A stretch of 64,000 nt of DNA from a virus (Duplodnaviria; Heunggongvirae; Uroviricota; Caudoviricetes). The stretch is taken from positions 273,301 to 337,300 of the IMG/VR virus record IMGVR_UViG_3300026302_000005, one strand, 5' to 3'. Shown here piece after piece: positions 18,065 to 27,804 of this stretch; the first letter of the stretch is position 1, and the number at the start of each line of letters is the position of its first letter. The translations under genes and the position numbers were made by a program. The notes under the pieces were generated by a model. That model ran no database searches and was not told the DNA's origin. It was given only the letters and a program-made list of their open reading frames with translations.

Positions 18065-18163
18065 CGATTCTGGGAACCACGGGCTGCTCGGGCTTCTTGA
18101 CGGGAACCGGAATCACGCCCATTTGGCGCAATTCGAATTCGATGTTCCCGGGCAGCGTTTCCA

Positions 18164-18685
18164 TCACTCATCCTTTAGCTTTGGAAGTCCCAACCGATCA
18201 GACTGGTCAAATTCTTCCAATGCAATTTTGACCTTCTCGAACCAGGCGGCTTCGACAGCTTCATCGGCACCAACATACCCGATGTCATGGCGTTCGTCAA
18301 TGATGATTCGCCGCCCAATGACTTCGACCTCAACGATCCCACAGGTCCCGGCACACATAGCCTGGGTCGCGTTTGGCCGGATCACGGCAGAGGTGCCACC
18401 GAGTTCACACTCGAAATCGATCTTGCACATGTAGCCGATGATCCCATGGCGGGGCGTCGTCGTATACATCGGTCGTGGTGCATCCTCAGGGATCACATCC
18501 TCCGGGACCATGTAGCGAATAGACCCATCGGATTCAACCTGTGCGAGTCCACCGTAGCCGTTGGTCATGATTGCAGGACCACCAATGGGGAGGTCTCCCG
18601 GATCGGCACGTCCCCATACTTCCACATTGGTCCATCCGTCGCCCAGCAACCGAGCAATCGTTTGTATCTGAATCAGAGTGGCCAT
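18164..18685 (-). CDS. hypothetical protein (173 aa)
   Basis: ORF. Confidence 0.4.
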   Translation of the reverse strand: MATLIQIQTIARLLGDGWTNVEVWGRADPGDLPIGGPAIMTNGYGGLAQVESDGSIRYMVPEDVIPEDAPRPMYTTTPRHGIIGYMCKIDFECELGGTSAVIRPNATQAMCAGTCGIVEVEVIGRRIIIDERHDIGYVGADEAVEAAWFEKVKIALEEFDQSDRLGLPKLKDE

Positions 18686-18969
18686 CAGGATTGTTCCTTT
18701 GTCATAAACGGGTAATATCCGGTGCTGGCCGGAATATCCTCATCGGCTTCCCACATAAGGACTTGGCCATCATACCACCATTCCGAATCAGCACAGTGTT
18801 TCATGGCATCCTCTAGGGATTCAAACCCGACTGTGTGATGCCCTATGGATTTGTGCCGACACACCTGGCCGGGAACGAGGTCCTCGGATGGACGGGGGGA
18901 TGGACGAAATACCATCGGGTGAAATCGACCGGTCCCCGAGTGATGCAGGATAGTGCAATGATAGCTCAT
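18685..18969 (-). CDS. hypothetical protein
   Basis: ORF. ATGA overlap with the downstream small gene. Confidence 0.35.
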   Translation of the reverse strand: MSYHCTILHHSGTGRFHPMVFRPSPRPSEDLVPGQVCRHKSIGHHTVGFESLEDAMKHCADSEWWYDGQVLMWEADEDIPASTGYYPFMTKEQS

Positions 18970-19118
18970 TCTGGTGGTGCTCCAATTCCCATTTTGACTT
19001 CGACCAGAGTGACGATCACCGAATCACCAATCGTATCACCCGATCCCACGAGCTTGTCGATTTGGAATTTCGTGAAACCCACGGCGGCGAGCAGTCGTTT
19101 TGCATCAGCAGTAGTCAT
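18966..19118 (-). CDS. small hypothetical protein (50 aa)
   Basis: Not in the track. ATGA overlaps on both sides. Confidence 0.3.
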   Translation of the reverse strand: MTTADAKRLLAAVGFTKFQIDKLVGSGDTIGDSVIVTLVEVKMGIGAPPE

Positions 19119-19345
19119 GATGTGACCTCTTCGGCATTCTTCTTCAACGTTCGCACGATCAGATCATATGCGATCCGCAGATTCTGATCAGTTGCATCTC
19201 GGTGCAGAACAGCGTGATTTGGACAGATTTTGCGAAACCGATCCTGCTGCTCTTCCGTGCATTGCTCCAACAGGCGGTTGATCTCCGCCTGTAGAGCATT
19301 GTGCATGATGCTGGTTGCTGATGGATAGTCCATCAGATGTGGCAA
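19115..19345 (-). CDS. hypothetical protein (76 aa)
   Basis: ORF. Confidence 0.35.
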   Translation of the reverse strand: MPHLMDYPSATSIMHNALQAEINRLLEQCTEEQQDRFRKICPNHAVLHRDATDQNLRIAYDLIVRTLKKNAEEVTS

Positions 19346-20418
19346 TCCACAATCGTCAGCCGCATGGTCGGGGTCTTCATGGCGTCATCCAGGATGGCCT
19401 GGAATTCGGTCTCCCATGCACCCGCGTCCTTCTCGTCCGACACCATACCGAACCAGCCCATCTTGCCAGATTCGTTCCAGGTGCCGTTGTAGATGGCAGC
19501 GAATGCCGTGAGCGGCTTGACCGTGCCGACGTAATCATCCTCGGTCTTCATGGTTTCGGCATTCCAGCCCCACATGAAGTTGGCCGATCCGTTGACCTTC
19601 TTGATCTCATCCTCATCCTGGCCAGCTTTGGCAAGCTCCACCAGATACTTCGGGTATTCTTGACGGAACCAACGGCGGCGTTCCGCGATCTTGTCAGCCT
19701 TCATGCGGTCCCAGTTGATATCCACCAGGAGTGCAGTGTCCAGCCCACCCGTGTCGGGCTTGTCTTCCATGCCCCAGGACCGCTTGCCGCGATCACCCCC
19801 AGCACCATCCTTGACGAACAGCCGTTCGCTGTAGCGGCCACCGATGACCCACCAGTCCCACTGTGCGTTCGGGTTCGTCCGGTCGATGATGCGGGCGATA
19901 TCGCCATTCTCGTCCAGTTCGATCCAGCCGTATTTGGTTTCGTCGGCGGGCACCGATCCGAGCACCTTGTAGCTGTGCCAGTAATCGACGAACTCCGCGA
20001 ACGTCATGCATTCGGCCACTGAGATTTCGACCTCTTCCGATCCTTCCGGATAGTTCGGGGTGCGGGCATGATAGACGTCGGTGCCCCAGTTGTCCCTGGT
20101 CACCCGGCGTCCATCGGAAAGTTCACGGTCGTTGAAGAAGCCCTTCGACTTGAGATCGGCCTCTTCGACATCGGTCAGTTCCCGCCACAGCGAGTTGTCC
20201 CAGGCAGAAATCAACGTGCCATCGGCCAGTCGGAGCATCGACCGGGTGCGTTCCGGGTTGTTGTATTCTGCACGGGACCGCTCGGTGATGTCGATGTTCT
20301 GAACGAACTCGTTGTCCAATCCAGTGCATTCGAATTCGTGATACGGGGCCAGGGCCCGCTCCACGGTATCATCGGGGTCGGCGTCATTGGTGAAGACTGC
20401 AAGTGCAAAGTGGCTCAT
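19333..20418 (-). CDS. hypothetical protein (361 aa)
   Basis: Long ORF with no recognised motif. Confidence 0.5.
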   Translation of the reverse strand: MSHFALAVFTNDADPDDTVERALAPYHEFECTGLDNEFVQNIDITERSRAEYNNPERTRSMLRLADGTLISAWDNSLWRELTDVEEADLKSKGFFNDRELSDGRRVTRDNWGTDVYHARTPNYPEGSEEVEISVAECMTFAEFVDYWHSYKVLGSVPADETKYGWIELDENGDIARIIDRTNPNAQWDWWVIGGRYSERLFVKDGAGGDRGKRSWGMEDKPDTGGLDTALLVDINWDRMKADKIAERRRWFRQEYPKYLVELAKAGQDEDEIKKVNGSANFMWGWNAETMKTEDDYVGTVKPLTAFAAIYNGTWNESGKMGWFGMVSDEKDAGAWETEFQAILDDAMKTPTMRLTIVDCHI

Positions 20419-21641
20419 TTGATGTGTCCCATGGTTTGATAGGCGAGGTTGATCAGATATTCGCGGGAGGCCGAAAACTCAACACCTGCCCAAACGTCAC
20501 GCAGTTGTCTCAGAATTTTACCCATTTCCGGGCCAGGTGTAAAGCCCAAATCGATCAGGTCTTGACCGGTAATGGGAAATTCCGGAACGGCCATACCTTC
20601 GATATCCCGATACAGCGTGTTGAACCCGGTAGAACTCGGCCCTGTAGTGACTGGCTCCTTTCGGTTCATGATCGCAATCCACGCCAGAACATCCGACTTC
20701 TGATGAGTTGCCAGCATCTGCGTGGATGTGATTCGCGTGGGTGGAGTATCAAAGAACCGCTTAGCAAACAGCACCGGGTTCAGTTCTTCGCGGGAAACCT
20801 TGTAGCGATCTCGCAGCAGTGCCACGGCTTCTCCAATACCTGCTTGGGTTTTGGGAAAGCTTGCCGTCAGCATCACTGCGGGTCGGGTATCCGGTATGGG
20901 GATCAACAGGTTGCTGTCAACCGATGACAGTCCGATATGATCCAGCACTCCGGCACGTTTCATGCGGTTGAACTGACCCCAAGCTGGAGTTGTGCCCATT
21001 TGCAGGATTTTTCCGATTTCCGCCCAGATGCGCTCACCACTGATTTGCTCCAGACCCTTTGCGGTTTCCCGGAAGATTGGATAGAGCAGATCATCATCCC
21101 TGAATTTGGCATTACCTGCCATCTTGGCACAGAACCGAAAATACCGCAGAATTCGCAGATAGTCTTCGCGAATGCGATCCTCGGGGGCCCCGACGAACCG
21201 AATCGTGCCTTCATGCAGATCGGCCATGCCGTTGTGATAATCATGAACCACCAGGTTCACGTCCAGATACATCGCGTTCATGGTGAAGTCTCGACGCAGA
21301 GAATCAGTCATCCAATCCTCAGTGAACGCAACCTCGGCATGACGACCATCCGTGGCCACATCCACACGCAGGGTGGTGACTTCGATGTTTTCATTGCCCA
21401 CAACAACCGTCACGGTGCCGTGCTTGAGCCCGGTCGGCACAACTTGCAGACCAGCCTTTTCCATGATGGTGATGACGGCTTCTGGACGGGCTGTGGTGGC
21501 GATATCCCAGTCCTTGGGATCGCGGGCCATGATCAGGTCACGAACGGCACCACCGCAGATGCGACCTTCATGGCCAGCACCATCCAGCACCCACATCACA
21601 TGCAGAGCAGCAGGGTTGATATCGCTCAGATTAAACTGCAT
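20415..21641 (-). CDS. cca: tRNA nucleotidyltransferase (CCA-adding enzyme / poly(A) polymerase family head domain)
   Basis: Head-domain motif GGAVRDLIMARDPKDWDIATTARPE. Start taken at ATG 21641 (MQFNLSD); the track start at 21728 is a TTG. Confidence 0.7.
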   Translation of the reverse strand: MQFNLSDINPAALHVMWVLDGAGHEGRICGGAVRDLIMARDPKDWDIATTARPEAVITIMEKAGLQVVPTGLKHGTVTVVVGNENIEVTTLRVDVATDGRHAEVAFTEDWMTDSLRRDFTMNAMYLDVNLVVHDYHNGMADLHEGTIRFVGAPEDRIREDYLRILRYFRFCAKMAGNAKFRDDDLLYPIFRETAKGLEQISGERIWAEIGKILQMGTTPAWGQFNRMKRAGVLDHIGLSSVDSNLLIPIPDTRPAVMLTASFPKTQAGIGEAVALLRDRYKVSREELNPVLFAKRFFDTPPTRITSTQMLATHQKSDVLAWIAIMNRKEPVTTGPSSTGFNTLYRDIEGMAVPEFPITGQDLIDLGFTPGPEMGKILRQLRDVWAGVEFSASREYLINLAYQTMGHIK

Positions 21642-21835
21642 TTTCGATCTTCCGTTCCACAACCACACAATCTCGGGGGCACGTGTTGTAGGCCAGCATA
21701 CGCTGGTCTTCACCATGAAATTCCGCAACCACTTCTGGGCAAACCGGATATTTTCCGGACCAGAGCAGTTCGTTGTCGAAGCGGCGGTGTTCGAAAATCA
21801 TGACGGGCTCCTATTGGAACCCACCTATACCCGTA

Positions 21836-22453
21836 TTATCCTGGAATGTCAATCGGAAATCCACTCCGACCGAACTTGTGGACTTCGTTCCCTGCCGAGT
21901 CCCAGCCGTATCTTTCCTGTCGTGCGTATAGCTCCAGGTATGGGCCATCAAACAGACCCTCGATCATCCCGTATTGCTCATCTGGTTTACGGGAGTTCTC
22001 ACGCTTACCGGCAACCAACAGATCACGGGTGGATCGGTTCTTGAGGCTTGCAAGGGTCTGGAAATTCTTGGTGGTTGCGACCAGACAGGGCTCCAGGTTC
22101 TTCCTGGTGATGTAGCCTCCGCCGAATGCACGTTTGCCGGTTTCGGGATTGACCTTGTTCCATTCCCAGGCCAACCCGGAGTATTTGAATCCCCATGCCT
22201 CAATTACATCTCGGGCTTGGAAGATCGTCGGCCAGGTGGCCCACAGGAAGAGAACTGCACCATCAGGATGGATCATATCCCGGACGGGTTGCTCCATGAT
22301 ATGCTCGACTGGGGAGACGGGAGTCAGGTAGTGTCGCCCTGGACTCTTACCCTGACCTTTTGCCGAATAGGTTTTGAACTGCCAATCGGGATCGGCAAGG
22401 ATTACCCGATAGGTGTGCTTTGGAACGTCGTGGAAATTCAGATATGCTGTCAT
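21836..22453 (-). CDS. MT-A70 family DNA N6-adenine methyltransferase
   Basis: Motif ILADPDWQF (DPPW-type). Start at ATG 22453; the track ORF to 22555 overlaps the upstream gene. Confidence 0.6.
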   Translation of the reverse strand: MTAYLNFHDVPKHTYRVILADPDWQFKTYSAKGQGKSPGRHYLTPVSPVEHIMEQPVRDMIHPDGAVLFLWATWPTIFQARDVIEAWGFKYSGLAWEWNKVNPETGKRAFGGGYITRKNLEPCLVATTKNFQTLASLKNRSTRDLLVAGKRENSRKPDEQYGMIEGLFDGPYLELYARQERYGWDSAGNEVHKFGRSGFPIDIPG

Positions 22454-22480
22454 AGGGGGGATATGGTGTTCCCCCCTATG
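22449..22480 (-). promoter_or_regulatory. perfect 10-bp inverted repeat (CATAGGGGGG-N10-CCCCCCTATG) overlapping the methyltransferase start codon
   Basis: Read directly. It could sequester the ATG, or act as a terminator-like structure for the upstream gene. Confidence 0.4.
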
Positions 22481-22490
22481 ATGTTCAAGG

Positions 22491-22862
22491 TCACGCGGCT
22501 TCGTTTTCGCGTTCTGCCAGCTTCCGGGCGATGCCCATGGCCTTGGTCGCAGCACGAACCTGCATCAGCATGTCAGCCTCTTCCCGAAGGTAACGACGTG
22601 CAGCAGCGGCATCCGGGCTGTAGGTCGGGTTCGGGCCGATCTGGGTGCGCTTCGGCTGGGTGACGATGCGATTGGTCTCGCCACGACCACGGTAAGCATA
22701 GAGGAACGGCTTGCGATTGGCTTTGGCCGACCGGATTTGCACGATCAGGGCCTTGTAGATGGCCTTCCATTGTGCCACCCAGGCCATATAGTCCTGGCGA
22801 TCCTTGATGGAATCGGCCACCGCAATGAAGTCGTCGGTCGAGAGAGTTGCGTATTTCGTCAT
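22491..22862 (-). CDS. hypothetical protein
   Basis: ORF. Confidence 0.4.
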   Translation of the reverse strand: MTKYATLSTDDFIAVADSIKDRQDYMAWVAQWKAIYKALIVQIRSAKANRKPFLYAYRGRGETNRIVTQPKRTQIGPNPTYSPDAAAARRYLREEADMLMQVRAATKAMGIARKLAERENEAA

Positions 22863-23464
22863 GATTTTGATCCTTCCTGATCAGTTGCGTCCACTGTGGA
22901 CAGATGTGCTTTGGATTCCGCGAAAAGGTCATACGATGCCCATCCCGTGGTTGATTCGTTTACGGGACCACCGGCAGCAGCTTCCTGCTGTTTACGGTGT
23001 TCCGTGAAGATATGCAAGGCTTTCCAACCCGCAGACTTTCCTTCGTATGGAGTCTTCATTCCGTAGAAGGTCTCGGCATGGCACTTACCACAAGATGCGG
23101 CAACCGCCGTGCAATCCCCACAGTGCCATCCGTGGAGGTGTTCGGATTTCCAATAGTCCCAGTTGTGATCTTTTGCAAATGCATCGATCTCTTCCTGATC
23201 GGTTCCATCCGGCATGCGAGCATCACCCTCGGGCGTATACAGCATATCGTGAATTTGCTGACACACCTGGTCCACTGTGAGATGATCGGTCTCGTCTCGC
23301 CAGTATTTCCGGTTGGACCGAAAGTGCAGTGTTGCCAGTCTTTCGGTGATCTCGTTCAGTATGAAGCGGAGCTTTGCGATCTCATGATCCTTCGCATCAT
23401 ACTCGGGTAGATCGGGCTGGATCAGCCCTTTCGCCCATTTCAGTTCTTCTTCGGTATAAGCCAT
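22859..23464 (-). CDS. hypothetical Cys-rich protein (HGWHCGDCTAVAASCGKCH)
   Basis: ORF. Confidence 0.45.
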   Translation of the reverse strand: MAYTEEELKWAKGLIQPDLPEYDAKDHEIAKLRFILNEITERLATLHFRSNRKYWRDETDHLTVDQVCQQIHDMLYTPEGDARMPDGTDQEEIDAFAKDHNWDYWKSEHLHGWHCGDCTAVAASCGKCHAETFYGMKTPYEGKSAGWKALHIFTEHRKQQEAAAGGPVNESTTGWASYDLFAESKAHLSTVDATDQEGSKS

Positions 23465-23466
23465 GG

Positions 23467-23916
23467 TTATCCTCCAAATTTGGCTTGCAGGCGGGCATAC
23501 TGCTCCCGCTCTGCGGCTTCTTGTTTTGCTTTCCGATCTTCTTCTTCACGAACTTTTTTGGCCTCGGCGGCAGCTTTGAGCCGTGCCGCTTCCGCCTGTT
23601 TCCGACCCAGGTATTCGGGATCGAAGAAGTCCACAAAGTTCACGTTATACTCCGTGGTCTCGTTGCCGTCACACCGACTGTAGTAGGAACCGTTGAGTTG
23701 AACCATACCATCGATGATCCGGAAATCATCATAGCTGTAGCTGGACCGATGCCAGGTAGCATTGGTTTGTGCCAGCGCCTCCAATGCGTTGAACAATTGG
23801 TTTGCCCGGAGATTGATCCGTTCGAACAGATCGGAAATCGCATAGAGGGTTTCCGGCGTTTCGGTCAATTGGGTCTCTTCCGGATATTCCGGGTTGGGTT
23901 GAGTCAGTTCACACAT
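23467..23916 (-). CDS. hypothetical protein with a charged coiled-coil C-terminus
   Basis: ATG at 23916 with a GGAAGGAA RBS. Confidence 0.4.
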   Translation of the reverse strand: MCELTQPNPEYPEETQLTETPETLYAISDLFERINLRANQLFNALEALAQTNATWHRSSYSYDDFRIIDGMVQLNGSYYSRCDGNETTEYNVNFVDFFDPEYLGRKQAEAARLKAAAEAKKVREEEDRKAKQEAAEREQYARLQAKFGG

Positions 23917-24487
23917 CAGATTGTTCCTTCCACAGTTTGATGATGGCTTTGCCACGACGATCCAGGTTCTTCCACTTCGATTTGAACCCAATGCTTTCCA
24001 GGCCCCCGAACATCACCGCGTTCGAAGTCAGTTCGGCCAAACCGGCAAGGAGTTGGGTTGCGGCTTCCGGTCGTGCAGCAAATTCCGCGACACCCTCGTC
24101 CTTCAACAGGTGGACGTCCATGTCTTCGCCGATCAGGCGAGAGACAAGCTGGTCGTCGTCAGAAAAACGTATGCCTTTTTCTGACACGAGATGATCGAAA
24201 ATCTCCTGGGAGACTTTGGCATGATTGGGAAAATGTTGCTTGCCATCGGCATCCACCGTGCGGCAATAGGGCTTGCCGCAATCATGATAGATCAGATATG
24301 TGATGGTGGTTTGGAACGGCAGCAGGCGGTTCAACAGAATGGGAGAGCGAGCCCACTCGGGGAGCTTCCATTCGAACCGCAAGGGCTTCTGATCGCGAAG
24401 GTGCTGGATCAGATCGAGGTAATGGAAAGCAACGGATCGACCATGTTCGGCCACTGATTGCTTTTCAAATTGGTAGCAGGCTTCCAT
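23909..24487 (-). CDS. HD-domain phosphohydrolase-like protein
   Basis: AEHGRSVAFH ... YHDCGKP (H...HD motif). Confidence 0.45.
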   Translation of the reverse strand: MEACYQFEKQSVAEHGRSVAFHYLDLIQHLRDQKPLRFEWKLPEWARSPILLNRLLPFQTTITYLIYHDCGKPYCRTVDADGKQHFPNHAKVSQEIFDHLVSEKGIRFSDDDQLVSRLIGEDMDVHLLKDEGVAEFAARPEAATQLLAGLAELTSNAVMFGGLESIGFKSKWKNLDRRGKAIIKLWKEQSDV

Positions 24488-24569
24488 AGCCTGGTTGAGT
24501 TCAGCGAGGGTGTTGGGCTTGTCAATCTACAACATGATGGTGGTCCTTATGAGGGTTGAGATGATCCGG

Positions 24570-24884
24570 TTATGCAGCCGGATCATCGTGGGGTTGGCAG
24601 GAGAGTTCCGTGATGACGCCGGTTTGAACACCGTCATCAGAAAGCATTTCGTTCAGCCCGGTAACGACGGGGCTGGTAGGGGTGAGTTCCATCTCACACA
24701 CATCAGCGGTCTCGAACGTAACACCGTCGTATACGAGTGTTTGACACGTATCGGTGACCACACCGGAGGACAACATACAAACCGTGGCAAGAATCTCAAA
24801 CATGACAGACTCCCTGGTTGATTCGTTTTCGATGTGTGTAATATACAAGAAACCGACCGGTGAGTCAACACCAATCGGTTTCAT
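24570..24884 (-). CDS. hypothetical protein
   Basis: ORF. Confidence 0.35.
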   Translation of the reverse strand: MKPIGVDSPVGFLYITHIENESTRESVMFEILATVCMLSSGVVTDTCQTLVYDGVTFETADVCEMELTPTSPVVTGLNEMLSDDGVQTGVITELSCQPHDDPAA

Positions 24885-24911
24885 GCAGAAATTTTGTGTT
24901 GGCCGACGAAT

Positions 24912-25160
24912 CTACAACCGAGCATCCTCTAGGATCGCGACACGCAGTTCTTCGATCTGGGCACCCGTCAGGGTGAGATCACCGAAGTCCAGCGGCTTAC
25001 TGTGACCAGCCTGAATGGCAGCTTCCATCGCCAGGACTTCACCAGCCACATCCTCCAGGGACGCAGCCTTACCAGCATCGGTCAGATCAAAGCGCACATC
25101 CACAAGACCGGCAGCGGCCTTGAGCTTGTAGAGGGCTTGAAGTTGTTCGACATTCGACAC
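24912..25160 (-). CDS. hypothetical protein
   Basis: ORF. Confidence 0.35.
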   Translation of the reverse strand: MSNVEQLQALYKLKAAAGLVDVRFDLTDAGKAASLEDVAGEVLAMEAAIQAGHSKPLDFGDLTLTGAQIEELRVAILEDARL

Positions 25161-25601
25161 GATGGCATTCCCTAGTTCGATCTATTTAGAGCGTGAACCT
25201 TCCATTCACCAGGAGTATACGAACTCTCTATCATCGGGCGGATGACTGTCAGCCACGGCAGGCCACGATGGTGAGGGTAAGACCCGGGTCGGCCTCCACT
25301 CGTCACCCAGAAGGGTTAAGGGCCGCAGAGCCCCCATCATCACTATCCGGTCTGATCATTGCCGTAGATCATTCCTTGGTCCTTACCTTTCGGTTTAGTG
25401 GCGTAGGATACACCATATCGCGGGCTGTTCAGCACACATGCTGCGTTCAACTGTCGGAAGCATTCCTGCAACGGACGTTCTATGCCGCCAGGGGATTACT
25501 CCCTCGGGCCAACCCTCACCACACAATCTATGGTATGGAGATTATGATGTCAAGACCCGGGCGTCCTAAATAGTTGGTCAACCCGTAGGAACTCATGTGC
25601 G

Positions 25602-26744
25602 ATGAAACTTCTTGATCTCTTTGAAAAAACCCGGGTTAACATTGAGGTGTTGGACCTCATCGCATCCAGCATAATCGCCCATGCCAAGTATGAAATAGCC
25701 CATGGGGAAACCTTCATGGTCAAGTTGGACTCCAAGGTGGTCGAGCAACTGAGATCGCGATTCGGTGAAGAACAAGCGATCCTCGCAGAATACATCAGCA
25801 AGTATGTGCCGGTGGTTTTCCAAAACAAGAGCGGTGGTGCGCTTGGTGCATTCTACCAGCATGCAGCACAACACAATGATAGCAGGGATGACGTGATCAG
25901 CGTATTCATCCCACAGGACCCATCAAATCCCGGTGCCGCAATATCACCCAGACAGCTACAGCAGAACCGTGCTGTGAAATCATCCCTCATGCATGAACTT
26001 CGACATGTGGCCCAGAGAACCCAATTCGGAGCGTATTACCAGAAACAAGTCACCGACATGTCAAGCTTTGACACCAGTGGATCGGATGGAAAGCTGGCCA
26101 AATACCGGGTCGATCCCATGGAGATTGATGCTGCATTCACGCACATCATAAACAACAACTCCGACATCGACGATCCTCGGGAATTCGCCAAGAAAGTCGT
26201 TGCCGATCTCTCCGCTTACAAAACCCTCACCGATCAGCAGCGTCAGCACTACTACCGAAAAGCCGCTACCTATGCGGTTGATCGGGGCACCCAGGATGGA
26301 CATCGTGATGATCTCCAAGGTCGATTGACAAAGAAGAAGAAACTCCGGGCTGATGAGATCGGAGCGGTTCTGAAAGATGCAATCAAACCGCTGTCACAGT
26401 TGTCCAGTATCGGCATGGGCATGAATTACAACACGACATTCCCCGGTCCAGTGATAGTCAATGGACATCTCAAAATGACCAGGGGAGACATGCCTGTAGA
26501 TCGCCCCGACCTGTTCATATTCGGTGCATCACTGATCTACAAGTGGATGAAAGACAACACAATCGATCTCTCAATCGATGATCTATTCGGAAAGATCAGA
26601 TCAGTCCCCGATGAGTGGTGGAATTCTGCAATCGAACTCGTCAATACCCATGGTATGTTCGAGCGACTGGACAGAAAATTCCTGGCTGGCTTGGTCAAAA
26701 CCCTCCAGCAGGATTATCAAGATCGAACGATGCGGGATATTTGA
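25602..26744 (+). CDS. hypothetical protein with an HExxH motif (MHELRHV), putative zincin-like metallopeptidase
   Basis: HELRH motif. Plus-strand gene. Loosely similar architecture to the 27805..29004 product. Confidence 0.35.
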   Translation: MKLLDLFEKTRVNIEVLDLIASSIIAHAKYEIAHGETFMVKLDSKVVEQLRSRFGEEQAILAEYISKYVPVVFQNKSGGALGAFYQHAAQHNDSRDDVISVFIPQDPSNPGAAISPRQLQQNRAVKSSLMHELRHVAQRTQFGAYYQKQVTDMSSFDTSGSDGKLAKYRVDPMEIDAAFTHIINNNSDIDDPREFAKKVVADLSAYKTLTDQQRQHYYRKAATYAVDRGTQDGHRDDLQGRLTKKKKLRADEIGAVLKDAIKPLSQLSSIGMGMNYNTTFPGPVIVNGHLKMTRGDMPVDRPDLFIFGASLIYKWMKDNTIDLSIDDLFGKIRSVPDEWWNSAIELVNTHGMFERLDRKFLAGLVKTLQQDYQDRTMRDI

Positions 26745-26983
26745 CGACCCATCTCCAGCAGAACTTGATCTTCTCGTGCTGCCTCGGCCAATAGCCGTGC
26801 TTCACGACCGGCCTGCTTCCCGGCCTCGTAGCAATAGCTCGCACAGGCATCTCCCGGCAAGCAGTGTCCACCAGTCCACCCACAGCGATAGCCACTGCTG
26901 CTGGTGCCCAGGGGGTGTGCAGTGACGATCTCCTGCAACGGGCAATCTGCTCCGTATCCGGGGTGGGTGGGATAGTTGGTCAT
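26717..26983 (-). CDS. hypothetical protein
   Basis: ORF. Confidence 0.3.
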   Translation of the reverse strand: MTNYPTHPGYGADCPLQEIVTAHPLGTSSSGYRCGWTGGHCLPGDACASYCYEAGKQAGREARLLAEAAREDQVLLEMGRQISRIVRS

Positions 26984-27324
26984 TGGAACCCCGTCTCCAG
27001 GCTTTGCTTGGCATTCGCTTCTGCCTGCTCTGGTGTGTGCCCCTCAGCGATATCCGCCAGGAACCACAACCGTGCAGTCTCATGCAGATGGTGGACTTCG
27101 TATACCTTCATGGGCGGTTTGGTTGCCGATGCCTTGGCATAGACAGCTTCCGACACGCTCTTCCAATGGGCTTGAGCTTGTGCCATCAGATCATGATCCT
27201 TGGCCAACATAAGCTGGGCCTTCTTGACCAGTTCCTGGATGTGAGCCCGAGTAGCCGGAACTTGGGTCGGGGAGTATTTCTCTCCAGTCATCGAATCGAT
27301 AGGATTGATGGTGCGATCACTCAT
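26980..27324 (-). CDS. hypothetical protein
   Basis: ORF. Confidence 0.35.
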   Translation of the reverse strand: MSDRTINPIDSMTGEKYSPTQVPATRAHIQELVKKAQLMLAKDHDLMAQAQAHWKSVSEAVYAKASATKPPMKVYEVHHLHETARLWFLADIAEGHTPEQAEANAKQSLETGFQ

Positions 27325-27704
27325 GCCGAGTCTCCATACAGATGGTTCAGATGTCGTTTCAACCGCTGGACCTCAGCTTCCGCCTCGGACTTCAACTGAT
27401 GCGGGGTCTTACCATTCTGTCGTTGCAAAGTCAATACCAGTGGCCCAGCAACATGATGGGTGAACATGATTTCCGCGTAGTTGTTGAGTTCTTCTGGATG
27501 CCCCAGCACCTCGGCCATGTATTCGGCCATATACTGGATCGGACCACCCGAGAGGTTCATGGTGAGTTTTCCATCCACCATGTGCATCTCGACCAACCTG
27601 GTGTTCTCGAAGTCGGCCATAGCGATTGCATGAAGACGCATAACCTCGTCTTTGAGTTGGTCTACCGACAATACGTCCAGGTCTTCACGGGTCAGTCGGG
27701 TCAT
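27321..27704 (-). CDS. hypothetical protein (127 aa)
   Basis: The track ORF to 27869 overlaps the suppressor tRNA. The first ATG downstream of the tRNA was used. Confidence 0.35.
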   Translation of the reverse strand: MTRLTREDLDVLSVDQLKDEVMRLHAIAMADFENTRLVEMHMVDGKLTMNLSGGPIQYMAEYMAEVLGHPEELNNYAEIMFTHHVAGPLVLTLQRQNGKTPHQLKSEAEAEVQRLKRHLNHLYGDSA

Positions 27705-27726
27705 GAGATGGGTCTCTGAATGATGA

Positions 27727-27803
27727 TGGCGGCTCCGGTGGGACTCGAACCCACGACCAACAGTTTTAGAGACCGCTGCTCTAACCAACTGAGCTACGGA
27801 GCC
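27727..27803 (-). tRNA. amber suppressor tRNA (anticodon CTA, reads UAG); Trp-like body (loop CTCTAAA versus E. coli tRNA-Trp CTCCAAA; discriminator G)
   Basis: Acceptor GGCTCCG/CGGAGCC, D-arm GCTC-AGTTGGTTA-GAGC, anticodon stem GCGGT/ACTGT, T-arm GTGGG-TTCGAGT-CCCAC. Confidence 0.7.
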
Positions 27804-27804
27804 A

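Noticed and set aside
19315-21803. Several long plus-strand ORFs (235, 174 and 288 aa)
   Set aside because: All are antisense to well-supported minus-strand genes (a hypothetical 361-aa protein and the CCA enzyme) and have no motifs.
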